A stretch of DNA of 62,407 nt, the filler included, from Circinaria calcarea (taxonomy: Eukaryota), in NCBI GenBank assembly GCA_051942165.1. It is 32 parts of 32 records of this genome, joined end to end, with 100 filler letters (N's around TTAATTAATTAA, not from the genome) between each part and the next. Parts side by side here need not be neighbours in the genome. Positions count along the whole stretch, not along the records: positions 11,807 to 13,666 come from JAVECS010004143.1; positions 13,767 to 15,625 come from JAVECS010004144.1; positions 15,726 to 17,584 come from JAVECS010004145.1; positions 17,685 to 19,542 come from JAVECS010004146.1; positions 19,643 to 21,500 come from JAVECS010004147.1; positions 21,601 to 23,457 come from JAVECS010004148.1; positions 23,558 to 25,412 come from JAVECS010004149.1; positions 25,513 to 27,367 come from JAVECS010004150.1; 24 more parts are not named here. One strand, written 5' to 3'. The position numbers and the translations under genes were made by a program. The notes beneath the pieces were generated by a model. The model worked only from the letters and a program-made list of their open reading frames with translations, did no database searches and had not been told where the DNA came from. This document shows, one piece after another, positions 12,675-25,513 of the stretch; position 1 is the first letter of the stretch; the number at the start of each line of letters is the position of its first letter.

Positions 12675-13666
12675 ATGGAGGGCTCTAACGATCGAAATGA
12701 CGCAGTGAGTAGTAGCCTGGTGAAAGATGTTGCAGCTTATTTCATGATTCTAGGATTCCAGAAGACAACAAGCGCTCAAACAATCGGAAGCAACCATGTT
12801 AGATCTCAGTAAGGTGAGTTACTGAATTGTTCAGTATTGCTGAGATGGCACTGACGGGCTCTTAGGGTACCCAAGAGTACCTGGACCTTACCAATCTCAA
12901 ACCCGCTCTTTTGACTCATCCTCCTTGCTACGACTTCGGTCATATCAAGGATTTTGAAACTTTTCGGGACAACCTTTCACGTGCTCTCAAAGGAACCTTT
13001 CCCTTAAAAGCCAACAAATATGATGGAGTGTACTCTCTACTTATCGATTGGAGAGACGATGATCTTGGTTGCGCATCTGAGATCCAAGATCTAGATGCTC
13101 AACTAAAGAACCAGTTCAGGTTCCAAACGGAAAAGTTCTCTATACCCACTCTAAACTCGGAGCGAATGCTGCAGGACAGGTTGATAGATTTTGAAAGAGC
13201 CCACAGAGAGGGTTCCAATCTCCTCATTATATATTACGGAGGTCATGGACAGTTCAACTTGCAGGGGAACAGTGTCTGGCGAGCGTAAGTTGTTCAAGAA
13301 AGGAGCAGCCAATTCTGCAGTACTTTCACTGATCGTTAACCTCATGTTCCATAGCAACCTGCGGCCAGATAGTGCAACTGTCAATTGGTATTCCCTTCAG
13401 TCAATACTAGAGCGATCGCCCTGTGATATTTTCCTCATTTTTGACTGCTGCTATGCAGCTAGCGCTGCTCGAAGCGCCCCCGACGGTATCACCGAGCTTC
13501 TTGCTGCTTGTGGAAGAGAGTACGTAACAAGTCCCGTATGTGATTATAGCTTCACCAGGGTCTTGATGGAGGAATTATCGTCGTTCGGGTCTAATCCTTT
13601 CACCGTCGCGCAACTACATACTCGGCTTATCAAGGAAAGAGGAAAGCTACGAAATACGCCTATTCA
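12675..13666 (+). CDS. Caspase-like (clan CD, peptidase C14-like) domain protein, 5' part, 3 introns
   Basis: Spliced in frame from ATG 12675. LLIIYYGGHG (catalytic His motif), FLIFDCCYAA (catalytic Cys motif), ELLAAC and SFTRVL.EEL. Confidence 0.75.
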
Positions 13667-13866
13667 NNNNNNNNNNNNNNNNNNNNNNNNNNNNNNNNNN
13701 NNNNNNNNNNTTAATTAATTAANNNNNNNNNNNNNNNNNNNNNNNNNNNNNNNNNNNNNNNNNNNNCCCCCCAACTTCCCCGGTGGGAAGATTTTTCTGG
13801 TTTGGTTCGGGTTCAATTTCGATTTCAGTTTCGGTAGCAAAAACCCAAAAAAACCCCAACAAAAAG

Positions 13867-13868
<2 letters not shown>

Positions 13869-13904
<36 letters not shown>
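13869..13904. repeat. (GCCCAT)n microsatellite in a low-complexity contig end
   Basis: About six perfect hexamer units; boundaries approximate. Confidence 0.85.
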
Positions 13905-13905
<1 letters not shown>

Positions 13906-14333
13906 AGATGGAGATGAGATGGAGAACTCTAGAAAAGAAGGAAGGAGGGAAGCCCCCGGGGCCTGGGGTCCCACAAACAGGGATATAAATAAACAAATAA
14001 ATAAATATAAATAGATAAATAGATAAATAAACCCTTATTAACAGAACGGAACGGAAACCGACCGAAAAAAGATAAAGATAAAGATAAAGCTAGATAGAAA
14101 AAAAGTTTGGAGAATTTAGTTTAGTTTGGGGAGGGGGGTTCTTTTGCGTTTAGCAGGACCCGAGGACTTCGTTCGCCGACCCGGGGCCCCTTCGTCCCCC
14201 TCGTCGAGGATTTTTTTCAATAATCTAAATACACATGCTAATTGGAAACGAGCCCGCCGGTGTAGTCCAATCTCAAGACCCATATACGTACAGTTCCAAA
14301 ACCCATTGCTTTATAGTTCCAAAACCCATTGCT

Positions 14334-15625
14334 TTACAGTTCAAATCCAATCTCATCCCTCCTGTCATCTGTCAACCGGCCCCACTCGAGCAACAGCCTA
14401 AAGAAATAAATCTCCATGTCTTCCTTTCGTAATATCTTAGCCGCCCAGTCCCGTCCCGCTTCGGCAATCTTCTCCGCTTCCCTCAATCCTTTGTCCTCGC
14501 TGCCATCCCCCCACCCGCCGCCAAAGTAGCCTAGCGTACTCCACAGACCGTGCAATCTTATATCGATTGGCACAAAATGCTTCCAGGCGGTTATACGGCT
14601 GTCGTACCACTCCCGAAACAGCGCAGCTTTGAATGGCAAGCTCTTACTTTGCAGAAAGGGAAGGAAGCGTCCACTGAAGCCAGCGCCATCAACGTCCATG
14701 AGGTAGCGATTTTGCCAGTGAGACTGAAATTCGACGGGAGAAGCCAAGGAGAACTCGGACTCTTGATCAAGACAGTCTGGACCACGGCAGCGGGCAATGC
14801 CATCGACAATGGAGATATCGAGGGTCAGATTTGAAAGATGAGGGTGAGAGAAAAGAGAGCCCGGGGAAAGGTATTGATATCGGAAATTCCCATACTTCGA
14901 TTTATGAGGAAGGAGGATAGGGACGGAAAGCGTAGCGTTGTTGGCTAGATGGACGAGCCGTTGGCGCGTCATTCCTTTCCATGTTCCGTAGTTTGACAAG
15001 CCTTCGGAGGTAGCTCCCCGCCAGAAGAGGATGTTCTTCTTCTGGGAGAAAGGTGGATCGAGATCTTTTGGAGAAGGATCCTTGGATAATGGATCATATT
15101 TTACTTTTTCCATATAGTTCCAAGGAGAGGGATAAAGGATATCCGTATAGCCATGGGCTTTGCTTTGAGAGAATACGGGGAGGAGTTCGGTGGCCGTTTT
15201 GAAAGAGGCAGGACATAGGTAGAATCCGTGAAGGTTGGCAAGGTCTGGTTGATGGCACGGAGAAGCTGCTAAAGTCCAGTTGCTCACAAATGAACCAACG
15301 GAATGGGGTCTGAGATAAGCGTTAAAAAGAGGACGAGGATCCCATACGTGATCTCGGCGAGCAGGCGAGTTAGGCGGACAAGCAATAGAGCCGTGGCTGT
15401 AAAAGGTATTGGTGAAAGAAAAGTCTTTAAATCGGCTTTGCGAAGGCGATGCCTCATCTTTGGATGGCCATGACTGTGCTCTGTCGTTACTCCACCGTGT
15501 ATGCTTAGCAACATCAAGACTCCCAGCTTTCACACCTATACTTCGATAATTCTCTAGCACATCGTACGAGATTGCTACCCTTGATTCATCATTTATGTTA
15601 AATGCTAGGTCCATGTCTGGTAACC
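14334..15625 (-). CDS. Glycosyltransferase family 90 (CAP10-like), 3' part
   Basis: PDMDLAFNINDESRV, LPVFSQSK, LFWRGATSEG, DVDGAGFSGRF, EWYDSRITAWKHFVP, RKEDMEIYFFRLLLEWGRL. Confidence 0.92.
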
Positions 15626-15725
15626 NNNNNNNNNNNNNNNNNNNNNNNNNNNNNNNNNNNNNNNNNNNNTTAATTAATTAANNNNNNNNNNNNNNNNNNN
15701 NNNNNNNNNNNNNNNNNNNNNNNNN

Positions 15726-16345
15726 CGTTTCTTAATGACGCCCGCGCATTAGCCTCGCCAGACCTTACTATTCTTCTCGCAGGAAACAAATTAGATATCT
15801 CTTCGGAGCCGATTGCAAATCCCCATATCCTCGACGAACCACCTGATCCCTTAGAGTCACCTTTCAACACTCCGAACAAACATTCAACCTCGCCAAATGG
15901 TTCAAAGCGTTCCTTAATCGGCTATGGCTTGGGAGCTCAATTGGCCGCTACCCAAGCTCCCGATGGTCGTGAGGTTACTTCTGCCGAAGCTTCTCAATGG
16001 GCCTCCGTCTCGGGTATACCTGTGTCCGTTGAAGTCAGCGCGTATAATGGCGATGGTGTGGATGAGATGTTCGCGAGATTAGCACGGATGATTTTAACGA
16101 AGATTGAATTGGGAGAGATAGATCCGGACGACCCCCAAAGCGGAATCCAATATGGGGACAGTGCTGCCTGGGGCGATGGGGACGGTGGTAGCGTCAAGAG
16201 TGGCGTCACAACTATAGAAGAAGGTGGTTTGGCTAGGAGACGACGGAAGGGAAGGGGGAAAACTGGGTCTGGAGGCTGGACAGGTATGCGGGAGTGGGAA
16301 GCTGTGTTTGGAGTAGGACGAAGGAGGAAGAGTGGCTGCTGCTAG
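15726..16345 (+). CDS. Rab4-like small GTPase, 3' part
   Basis: FLNDARALASPDLTILLAGNKLD (G4), EVSA (G5), ILTKIELGEIDPDDPQSGIQYGD, and a C-terminal CC prenylation motif. Confidence 0.9.
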
Positions 16346-17209
16346 AAGTTTTCGGCGGAGGTACGGCCGTGGAGCTACCAAGCTCTCACTACACGGAGCA
16401 TTGGTCGCAATTGTTGGCGAGTACAAGTGTGCCAATAGAATTATGCTACCATTATAAAGGTGAATGTGCAGTTTCCTACTTGTTGACAAGTGCAGTAGTG
16501 CTTGAAGTCGGGAAGTTACGTCGACATAAGACTCGATGTGGGAGTTATGCCTTCAACCTGGATCATCTAGCGCTGGCTTCCAATTCAATATGTCAATAGC
16601 CTCATACCATTTCGCGCAAAATCTGTACTCGATGGCAGAACGCGGGTGGCTCGCCTTTGAAGTTATCAGTCACCCAGAACGACTGCGGATGCTCATGAGC
16701 CCAGTCACAAACCATCCGTCCCTTGGCGGAGTATACCCATAGTCTAAATCTCCTTCATCCTACGCTCCGAGCTATGATTTCAGTTTTTACAGTTCCGATG
16801 GAGTATAAACGTCATGATACACTAGGTATGAGTAATTTACTTGCAATCGCTGGCTTTGAAAGGCGGCTAGGACCGCAGGCCCGTTGCAACCGGATCCACG
16901 CTTTTCAACTTATCAGCCCTGCATCAGTTGCATCAAGACGCTGTACCTTGCATATTTGTGCTCACACGTATCTGCAGCCTAGTTTTCATAGGGTTATTGT
17001 ACCCAATAGACCCCGCAATTAGCAAGCTCAGGATTTACCCCACCAAACAGTATGACTGGATAGGCAAATTGACGATGATAAGTTGAGGTGGTCTTGATAA
17101 AGTGGAGATTTCCTATCTACTTTCCTCTTGTCGATGGAGATTTTCAAAGATAAGTGTGCGGACTGAGTGAAGCAAAAAAGCAGGAACAAGCCAATCAACA
17201 TCAAGCAAA

Positions 17210-17584
17210 ATGAGAGAGCGGACCGTGAAGCCCATTGAAAAAGGTTGGAGTTTCAAACAAGCCGATGATGAGTCTGCCGAGTTCCTTCCTGTCGCCCAAT
17301 TTCCTACCAATATCCATCTTGACTTGATCTATCACAAGATTATCCCCGATCCATTCATAGGGAAGAATGAGAACAATGTGCAGTGGGTCGGTGAGAAGGC
17401 ATGGATATACAAGACCACATTCGCATCACCAAACGCCGATGGAGCTAAAGCAATACTGGCCTTTGATGGGCTCGATACTTATGCGACGGTCGTACTCAAC
17501 GGCAAGGAAATACTCAAGACGGAGAACATGTTTATCCCGGAAAGGGTGGACGTTACGGACAACTTAAAGTCAGAGGATGAAAAC
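17210..17584 (+). CDS. Beta-mannosidase (GH2), N-terminal part
   Basis: VAQFPTNIHLDL..IPDPFIG.NE..VQWVGEKAWIY, LAFDGLDTYATVVLNG.EILKTENMF. Confidence 0.92.
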
Positions 17585-17684
17585 NNNNNNNNNNNNNNNN
17601 NNNNNNNNNNNNNNNNNNNNNNNNNNNNTTAATTAATTAANNNNNNNNNNNNNNNNNNNNNNNNNNNNNNNNNNNNNNNNNNNN

Positions 17685-18696
17685 GTGTGTATTATAGAGT
17701 GTTAGTAAACCATCGCTCACGGAGCCACGGCTCTCCGAAAGTTGCTTAAGTATACTTCCCAAAACATGCTCCGCAGTTTGAATTTGGTGATTTCTGTAAT
17801 CGAGATACAGATATGCTACCGCAACGTCTGGAATATTACGCACTTTCGCAACCTGGCTCTGAAGGTGATTAATGATCATAGCGCTACTGCAGTGAGCATT
17901 GAACCGTATTTGTCTTATATATCATACCTTAAGACAGTTTTCCCGGACCCAGCTTCACCGGTTTAGCTCTTCTGAATACCTCAAGAGTGGAGAGTAAGTC
18001 ATACGTGTACCAGAGCACCACAGTGTAACACCATGTCCATTTATCCAAGCTTCAAACTTGGGATCGCCAAGTAGCCATAGGCCAGTACCCTCTTGGTATC
18101 TTGCTAAGTTATCATGATGGACACCTTGAAAGTCGAATGGAGCGAGCCAGGTGCAAATCTCCGCAATCTTCTCTTCCGCCTGAAAACCTTCGAGGCTTCC
18201 CGCATTAGAATGAATTTGCTGGACAATGCTATTATGTTTCCTATCAGCCTTGCTCATACAATTATGAGGTGACTCACGAGATATTGGAAGCCGATATTGC
18301 CAATAAAAGTATCAATTTGAATCTTTTCAACGCTTCCAGGGTGTCTCGAACATCCCACTCCCTCAGAACCAAGCCAAACCGTAGTTTCCGTAAACGCCCG
18401 CTTTGATTCTCAATGTCTGTCTTCTTCATCTTCGAGAGCAGGGCTTGTAATTGATTCATGATGTCCGTTAGAACGCCAGAAAACCGCAGATGTCTAGCTA
18501 ACATTTCAGATTCTCCTGTGGTAGTTTGCTCTACTCGATCTCTTAGTCTTAAGAGCATTTCCTGCAAGGTATTGAGCTCTCCACCCAATACAGTTACCTC
18601 TGCCGGGAGCGCTTTGAAATCATTAAGATACTTCACGACTTGGCCACTCAATCCGACGACTCCGATAATGCTGGCAGTTATGCTGAGAGGATCCAT
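17685..18696 (-). CDS. Fungal NLR-like STAND protein: HeLo-like/SesA-type N-terminal domain + NACHT, 5' part, 3 introns
   Basis: MDPLSITASIIGVV start; ICTWLAPFDFQGVHHD...EGTGLWLL..FEAW; spliced P-loop LWCSGTPGSGKTVL; VAYLYLDY...LGSILKQL. Confidence 0.9.
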
Positions 18697-19305
18697 GATG
18701 CAAGATGAGTACCTCGGTACTTGTTTATGGTCAATCGCTCATGGCATATAGCGGGCTAATGTAGTGTGAATCAGTACAGCTGAAGACCATGTAACAGAAG
18801 TGGATTAACGCACCGAGAAGCGAGACGATTAGTATGGCGCAGACGGTTTCCCGGTATTAGCATGGTCGCCGGATCTTCAGACTTCTAATCTTCTTCATGA
18901 TGTTCGAAAAGGTAGCTGGTACTTTTCAGCTCTCGAAAGTATATGGAGTCGTGAGAAGTGCGATAAACAACGCCTTTGTGTATGAAAGTGGGGTCAGGCT
19001 GCTGATGTAAGCACCGCTCACAGGGGTATGGTAAAAGCCAGTGTCTGGAAAGAGAACAAACGAAATCACTCATTTCCCAAGACATCTCCAAATTCAATGG
19101 CATTATATTCCATAAGCTCTTGGGCGCGTCTCAACCCTCCTCGCCAACGCATTTTCTTTGGCCACTCTCATCATCCGGCCTCTGCACCACGTTACCATAG
19201 TGTCTCCCCAAGTTTCCGAGCTCCGAGTTCCGATCCCCCATCAAGCCTACCCAAATCGACGAGTTGATCGCGTCCTACTGCAGCTGTTCGAGATTCGGCG
19301 TCAAC

Positions 19306-19542
19306 ATGGAATTTCTAGGCTTGGCTCTTGCAGGCCCCGGGCTGGCGGCATTGCTTGTTCAATCGGTACAGGCAATTCGGGAAAAGATAAGAGGAGAGGA
19401 CAGATTCAAAGAGCTGGTTCAAGAACTTCAGGCCTTCGGTTTAGATGACAATCAGGCGCAGCTGGACATCGATATTACGTTAGCTCAGAAAGTGATGAAA
19501 GATTCGAGCATTGAAAGTGCTCACAAGGATCGCCTTGACCGT
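19306..19542 (+). CDS. Protein with a probable HeLo/HeLo-like N-terminal domain, 5' fragment
   Basis: MEFLGLALAGPGLAALLVQSVQAIREKI: Gly/Ala-rich hydrophobic N-terminal helix resembling HeLo-family starts. Truncated after ~79 aa. Confidence 0.5.
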
Positions 19543-19838
19543 NNNNNNNNNNNNNNNNNNNNNNNNNNNNNNNNNNNNNNNNNNNNTTAATTAATTAANN
19601 NNNNNNNNNNNNNNNNNNNNNNNNNNNNNNNNNNNNNNNNNNTTCTCAAATGCATCCGCGCTTCTAAATGCAAGGTCGCACGCTCATCGTTCATAACGAA
19701 AATCTGCTTAGCATGCCTCTAATGAGATCAAGCACAGAGGTGAGCAGGCCAGAGGCATAGCCCCAGACTACCAGCCGAAGAGGATCCAGGAAATGCAATT
19801 AGGAGCTTGGGTGAATAAGGCGCATAGGATGGCACCTC

Positions 19839-21392
19839 CTAGTGGCCACTTCCTCCACCCCCGAAACGTCTACTCATCCAGCCCGTGAAGCCACCTCCAT
19901 CACCACCTCCACCTTCTCCTCCTCCTCCTCCACCCCCACCACTTTCACCTCTGTGGTTACTTGACCTCCTTCCCTCGTAGGGTCTCGAGGAAGCTGGCCC
20001 AGAGGGGGTAGGTGATTCATTTACCCTGAATGGATTCTGCCGGCTTCCACTCCCTTCGCCCGCCTCCCATGGAGTTGATGAATGCCTAGGGGCCTGCCCT
20101 GGCGTTCTCGGCGTATCAGCGTCTCCATCCTTGGGTGTGATACTCTGTCTGCAATGTGGGCATGTGTCATGTTCCTTCAACCATGCGCCAACGCAATCAC
20201 CGTGGAACCAATGCTTGCAAGGTAGCATCGTGACCTCGTCACCGACTGATACGTTGTCCATACAGACGCTGCATTCAGCCTTACCGTCGCTTCCAAGCAT
20301 TGATTCGTCAATTTTCGTTTTCGGCAGCGCAGCGATAGCAGCCGGCGAAGCGGGACCGGGTGCGGATGAGGCGTTGTGTTGTTCCATGAGCTGAGTGATT
20401 ACACGATCAAGAGCTTCCTGCGTGTAGACAACATCACCATGTCGAGCATTAGTTGGATTGAGCAGTTGAGTGAGAAATGTGAAAGGATTTGGTGCTCCGT
20501 TAGGAGTTGGTCCCTCAATCACTACTGCGCCTCCAAGGCTTGTCATCAAGAGGTTTAAAACCCTAGACCGAGGTTTTAGCCACTACGAATTAGATATATC
20601 AAGGATAAAAAGAGAGGTTCACTGCTTACCTATGAAAGTCGTCTCCCTGTATTTCCCGTGTTTGTGGGCCGTTAGGGCCCGGAGTTTGTAATCTCGCCGA
20701 TGCTCTAGCTGTGAATGTCCTCCCGTTTCCTTGTCTGCCTGGACCTTCCTGCAGAGGACTCATCCAGGGGAAACGTGGACCTTGACGATCTAGCCCTGTA
20801 TTTTCATAACCGTTGGACCCAGATCCTGTCCTTGATTCATTCGGTCTATTGGATCCTCCACGACGATCGATTTCATGTCTAAAATTCGGTTGTGCAGCAG
20901 CCATGAACTGTCCCAAAATATTCCCTAGATAATCATTCGGATTCTGTGCCTGGGGGCCCGTGCTGCTTAGGGGAGACCGATAGGAGATTCGTGAAAAATG
21001 CATGCCAGGTCCATGCCACTCCACATGATCAATGTTTCCTTCGTCAGGGTCGGGAGCTTCTTCGCCCCATGGATTATGATCGTGCAGTGATTGCAAGGGG
21101 GGAGAGGGTGGCGCAAAGAAATTCTCTATGTGGTTGTGACGTGGATCGTGCTCTTGCTCGACCTAGAATCATGTCAGTGTCGATGGTCTTCAACCCCAGC
21201 TATCGTTAAGACTACAGCACTTGGTCTATGTCATGAGGACACTAAATCAACTTGGGATTCAGAAAGACTCACAATTTCCACAGCCTCCGACTCGCACTGG
21301 GGGCATTTTAAGCCGTTTTCATCCTTGTGCCACTCGTTCTCACATGCATGACAGTGTAGAACTTCTCTCGGCCGTCCACCTCGATCTGCCAT
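19839..21392 (-). CDS. RING-H2 E3 ubiquitin ligase with N-terminal zinc ribbon (RNF126/RNF115-like), introns
   Basis: HCHACENEW..LKCPQCESEAVEI; HGDVVYTQEALDRVITQLMEQ; CSVCMD...LPCKHWFHGDCVGAWLKEHDTCPHCR. Confidence 0.93.
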
Positions 21393-21645
21393 TATCGAGT
21401 AGGTAACGGAATGGACACGGTAATCGGAGTGACTGAATTCAGAGTACCTGCGGCGTCGTGCTGAACACCTTCCCAAGGCTTAGTCGAGGTCTGACTGGTG
21501 NNNNNNNNNNNNNNNNNNNNNNNNNNNNNNNNNNNNNNNNNNNNTTAATTAATTAANNNNNNNNNNNNNNNNNNNNNNNNNNNNNNNNNNNNNNNNNNNN
21601 CCCTTTTTGTTTGGTTGGGAAATCCCTCAACCTGTCCTAACAACT

Positions 21646-21739
21646 CCAAGAACCCAAGAACCCAAGAACCCAAAAACCCAAAAACCCAAAAACCCAAAAA
21701 CCCAAAAACACAAAAACACAAAAACCCAAGAACCCAAGA
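21646..21739. repeat. Degenerate 9-bp tandem repeat (AACCCAAGA/AACCCAAAA)n
   Basis: About 10 imperfect units in a non-coding low-complexity contig. Confidence 0.8.
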
Positions 21740-23557
21740 GCCCCAAAAAGGGGATCCAAGGGGGGGTGTTTTGAATTAAAAACCTTCAATGTTCACGTTC
21801 ACGTTTGCGGTATCGTTTACGGTATCGTAAGTCGTGTTTAGAAAAAAGAAAAAAGAGAAGAAAAAGAGAAGAAAAAGAGAAGAATGAGAATGAGAATTGG
21901 ATGCCCTCACGCCCTACCCCTCACGCCCTACCCCCAAACAACAATCACAACAACCACCATGAAAAAAACAAAAGAGGGACCCTGCCCGCCTGCGTTCGGG
22001 GTGATTATTTTTCCTCTGCGATTGGGTCGTTTTGGGACTGTTGTTACTTTTGGCTCTTGCCCTTGGCTCTTGCGATGGTATTGGTTCTGGTATTGGTTCT
22101 GGTTCTAATTCGGGAAATATAGCAGGGCCGGTGGGCCGGTAGGCCGGTGGGCCGGGCTTTTATTTTTCTCTTAGAGGGGGAGGGGGGAAAAGAGTGCCAA
22201 GACAAAGACTCGGGGAGCCGCACAACCCAGGCAGGATGCGCAACCAAATACATTCCTTCTCCCCCCTTCTCCCCCCTTCTCCTCCCTTCTTCCCCTTTAA
22301 AAGTCCAAAAACTCCAAAGGGAAAGCCCATGTATAATATAACGAACAAACGAACAAATAAACCAAAAAACCGGAAAGGAAACACTTGCCAAAAAAAATCC
22401 CTTTCCTCCTTCTTCTTCGACCTTATGCTGAATGATTGATTGCAATATTTGCAAAAAAAATCCCCTCGTTCGAATTCCCTCATTCGAATTGCCGAAACCC
22501 CCAAGAAAAAGAACCATCCACGGGGATAAAATCTCCGAGATAGGCCGACGGGACTGGACGGGACTGGACTGGACGGGATGGAAGAGGCATTTGGATTTTG
22601 GATCCGGGCGGATCATTTCTTTTCTGTAGGAGGATGGATTTAAAAAAGAAAGAAGTAGCCGGGAGGGTATGGGTATGAGTATGGGTAGGTATACTAATGC
22701 TACGCAATGGTATGGTACGGAGGGGAATTTTTATAAAAAAGAATTTGTTTTTTTTGAAATTTTTTATCCCTCCAACGGGCTTGGTGTGTTGTGATGTTGG
22801 TGTGATGGTATGGTGATTTGATTAATTAGTGAGAGGGCGGTTTCCCCTTCCCCCCCCCAATCCTCTCCACTATCCGTAGGGGGAAGGAGGGGGAGAATAT
22901 GGGATTCTGACTCTGATAGTTTGCGTGTGCATGAGGTAAGCCGTATACGGTATGTATAGGCCAAGGAAAGAGCCAAGGGAGTGCAAGGAGCCCAAGGTCT
23001 AATATGATGAGATTCCTTGATCGAACCGAAAAATAGGAATCAGGGGGCGGCATCGATACAAGGCCAACAAGAATCAATAGGTGGAATACCTCATTCGGGA
23101 TTATATGAATCCGATTGTAGGCGAAAAGCGGAGAGTAAAATATAGATCGGGTAGATGAAGCTTCTGGCAAAGCTCACAAGTGTAATCACACCATCGCCCA
23201 ATACTGGTATATCGATCGATGCGCGGAAGCCCGGAAAATTGAGCCCAAAAAAAAAGCCCGAAAACAGAACACGCTGACACTTGCCAAACCAGAAAAGCAG
23301 ACACTTTGCTTCAGTCAATACCGGCAAAATAACAGAGAAATCATAGTCCTAGCACCGTGCTCCGCATCCACCAAGGAAACCCCCCCCCCCCCCAATCGCT
23401 AAAAACCCCTCATTGTTATTATGCGGGCTTTTTAGCGATTTGGGGGGGGGGGGGGGGNNNNNNNNNNNNNNNNNNNNNNNNNNNNNNNNNNNNNNNNNNN
23501 NTTAATTAATTAANNNNNNNNNNNNNNNNNNNNNNNNNNNNNNNNNNNNNNNNNNNN

Positions 23558-25412
23558 ATGACGGTATGACATCGTTATCCCTCGGCATGGACCACCTTCG
23601 CCAAGAGATACCCTGCATTCGAGATCTAGGTCCGCGAATGGACCTTGTTAGCGCAAGCGTTAGCAACATGACAAGAAGCGTGTCCGAGATGCAAGCTGAC
23701 GCCAGGATACTCCAACCGAGAATTGAGAGAAAAATAGACAGTAGCACGGCGGTACTTCTAGATCAGCTCCAGGCCAACCAGGCCAATCAAACTTTTATCG
23801 TAATATCTGATCTGTCTGAGGTCTACCATAACTAATATCTCTTAGATGCAACAGCTACAGACCATCAAACACCTTGCAGAGCGGCCTCAAGTACTCGCAA
23901 CTGAGTTGCAGCGACTCGGTGGTCCGGAGGTGGATGCTGTGAACGGAGGTCGCTGCTCTAGTACCACAAATTATGCGCACGCTCTTCCAATACAGTCCCT
24001 AGCAAAACCTGCAAGAGGCCATCTTGCAAACAGTCACCCGAACATAGTTTGCAAATGCTTCGCTAAGAGATCGTCCGTCGTTTGGGGCTTCCAACCAGAT
24101 ATCGTCGGTTTTGGCAGATTTTCCATGGCACGACACAAGAAAAGCTGTCCACTATTTGCCTTACGAAAGGGCTTCCATTTCGCTTTCAATTATGCTTTTC
24201 CGCGCTGGCTTCTCAGCAAAGCCGTGGGTGTAACATTCACTGCTACGTATGGCGCTGGCGGCTTCTCTATAGGACCTAATCTTCACTTTATACCTATTGT
24301 GGATTATGACTCACCGGCTATGGAACTTATCGGCAAGTGGGTTTCTAGCTGCTCTCAGCAACACCTCGTAGGTGAACAAACGTCGGAGACAATAATCCAA
24401 TTGCGTCAACTATTCCTCAAAGGCGAAGCTTCTCCGTTTGATGTTAACCCATCCGGATCCAGTATTCTTCAGGTGAGTAACAATATCAGCGTAACTATGG
24501 AAAACGCAACCAGTGGAAGGCGCTAAGTTGTCATAGGAAGCTCTACATCGTGTTCACTATTACTTAGGCCTTCTAGATAGTGATAGAGAGTGCTGCTCGG
24601 CATTCGAGCAGCTTATGCATTTTCTAGTCTCTTGCGGGACAGATATCAATTCGATTGATAACAAGGGAAGGTATTTCCAACATTATGCATGCCAAAACGG
24701 GTTGTAGCAGCTGATGTTGGCAGGTCTTGTCTGGCAGTCTGTATTGAAGCTTACGTCGATATACTGAGCGAACCAGAAGAACAGTTCATAAGAAAGACAG
24801 TCTTGAGCATGGGCGCAATCGCGATAGGCGCTCCAGATGTAGAGAGAGTTACATGGAAGGACCGCCAGAGTTTTTTGAGGGGGCTAATTAACCAACTGCG
24901 AGCAAATTGGGATTATGCTGAAGGTAAACCTAACTCTATCGGTTTAAATGAAGGTTAGTTGGCGCTGATCATTTACTAAGATGTTCTGCTATGTGGTTCT
25001 CTCGCTATGGCCGTGCTTCAGAAGTCGGAAAGTCTTCTCCGATCTCTCATACAGCAGCGCAGCAAGCCAGATGAGAAGAATGCTTTGGGGCAAAGACCCA
25101 TTCATTTATGTGCTGATTGGGCCGTTGGAACAAGGATCCTCCTAGATGCCGGCTTCGAGTGTAACGTATTGGATGATAATCATGTAACGCCTGTCGAGTT
25201 CGCCCTGGCGTTGGATGGTAGTGAAGCCGCCTCACTATTATTTAAAGCTGGTTGCCCGCTTAGATGTCAGAATTACCACAGTGAGATGACCTATTGTGAA
25301 AAGTTCCTATCGTTGGATCATTGGGGTAGTCGAAGGTGGCCGATACGGGCACATGGGCCGAAACAGCTTAACCTACTTCTTATCAAAGAAATCATCGATC
25401 GCCGCAAAAAGC
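23558..25412 (+). CDS. Fungal ankyrin-repeat protein, internal part, several introns
   Basis: CKC...HKKSCP and GAGGFSIGPNL block, LFLKGEASPFDVNPSGSSIL, ankyrin repeats EKNALGQRPIHLC...LLDAG and DDNHVTPVEFAL...LLFKAG. Confidence 0.8.
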
Positions 25413-25513
25413 NNNNNNNNNNNNNNNNNNNNNNNNNNNNNNNNNNNNNNNNNNNNTTAATTAATTAANNNNNNNNNNNNNNNNNNNNNNNNNNNNNNNN
25501 NNNNNNNNNNNNA

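Noticed and set aside
21601..23457. Many short ORFs in homopolymer- and microsatellite-rich sequence (also 1975-2690, 10400-11100, 43900-44920, 57600-58529)
   Set aside because: Low-complexity non-coding or low-quality contig ends with no protein motifs.
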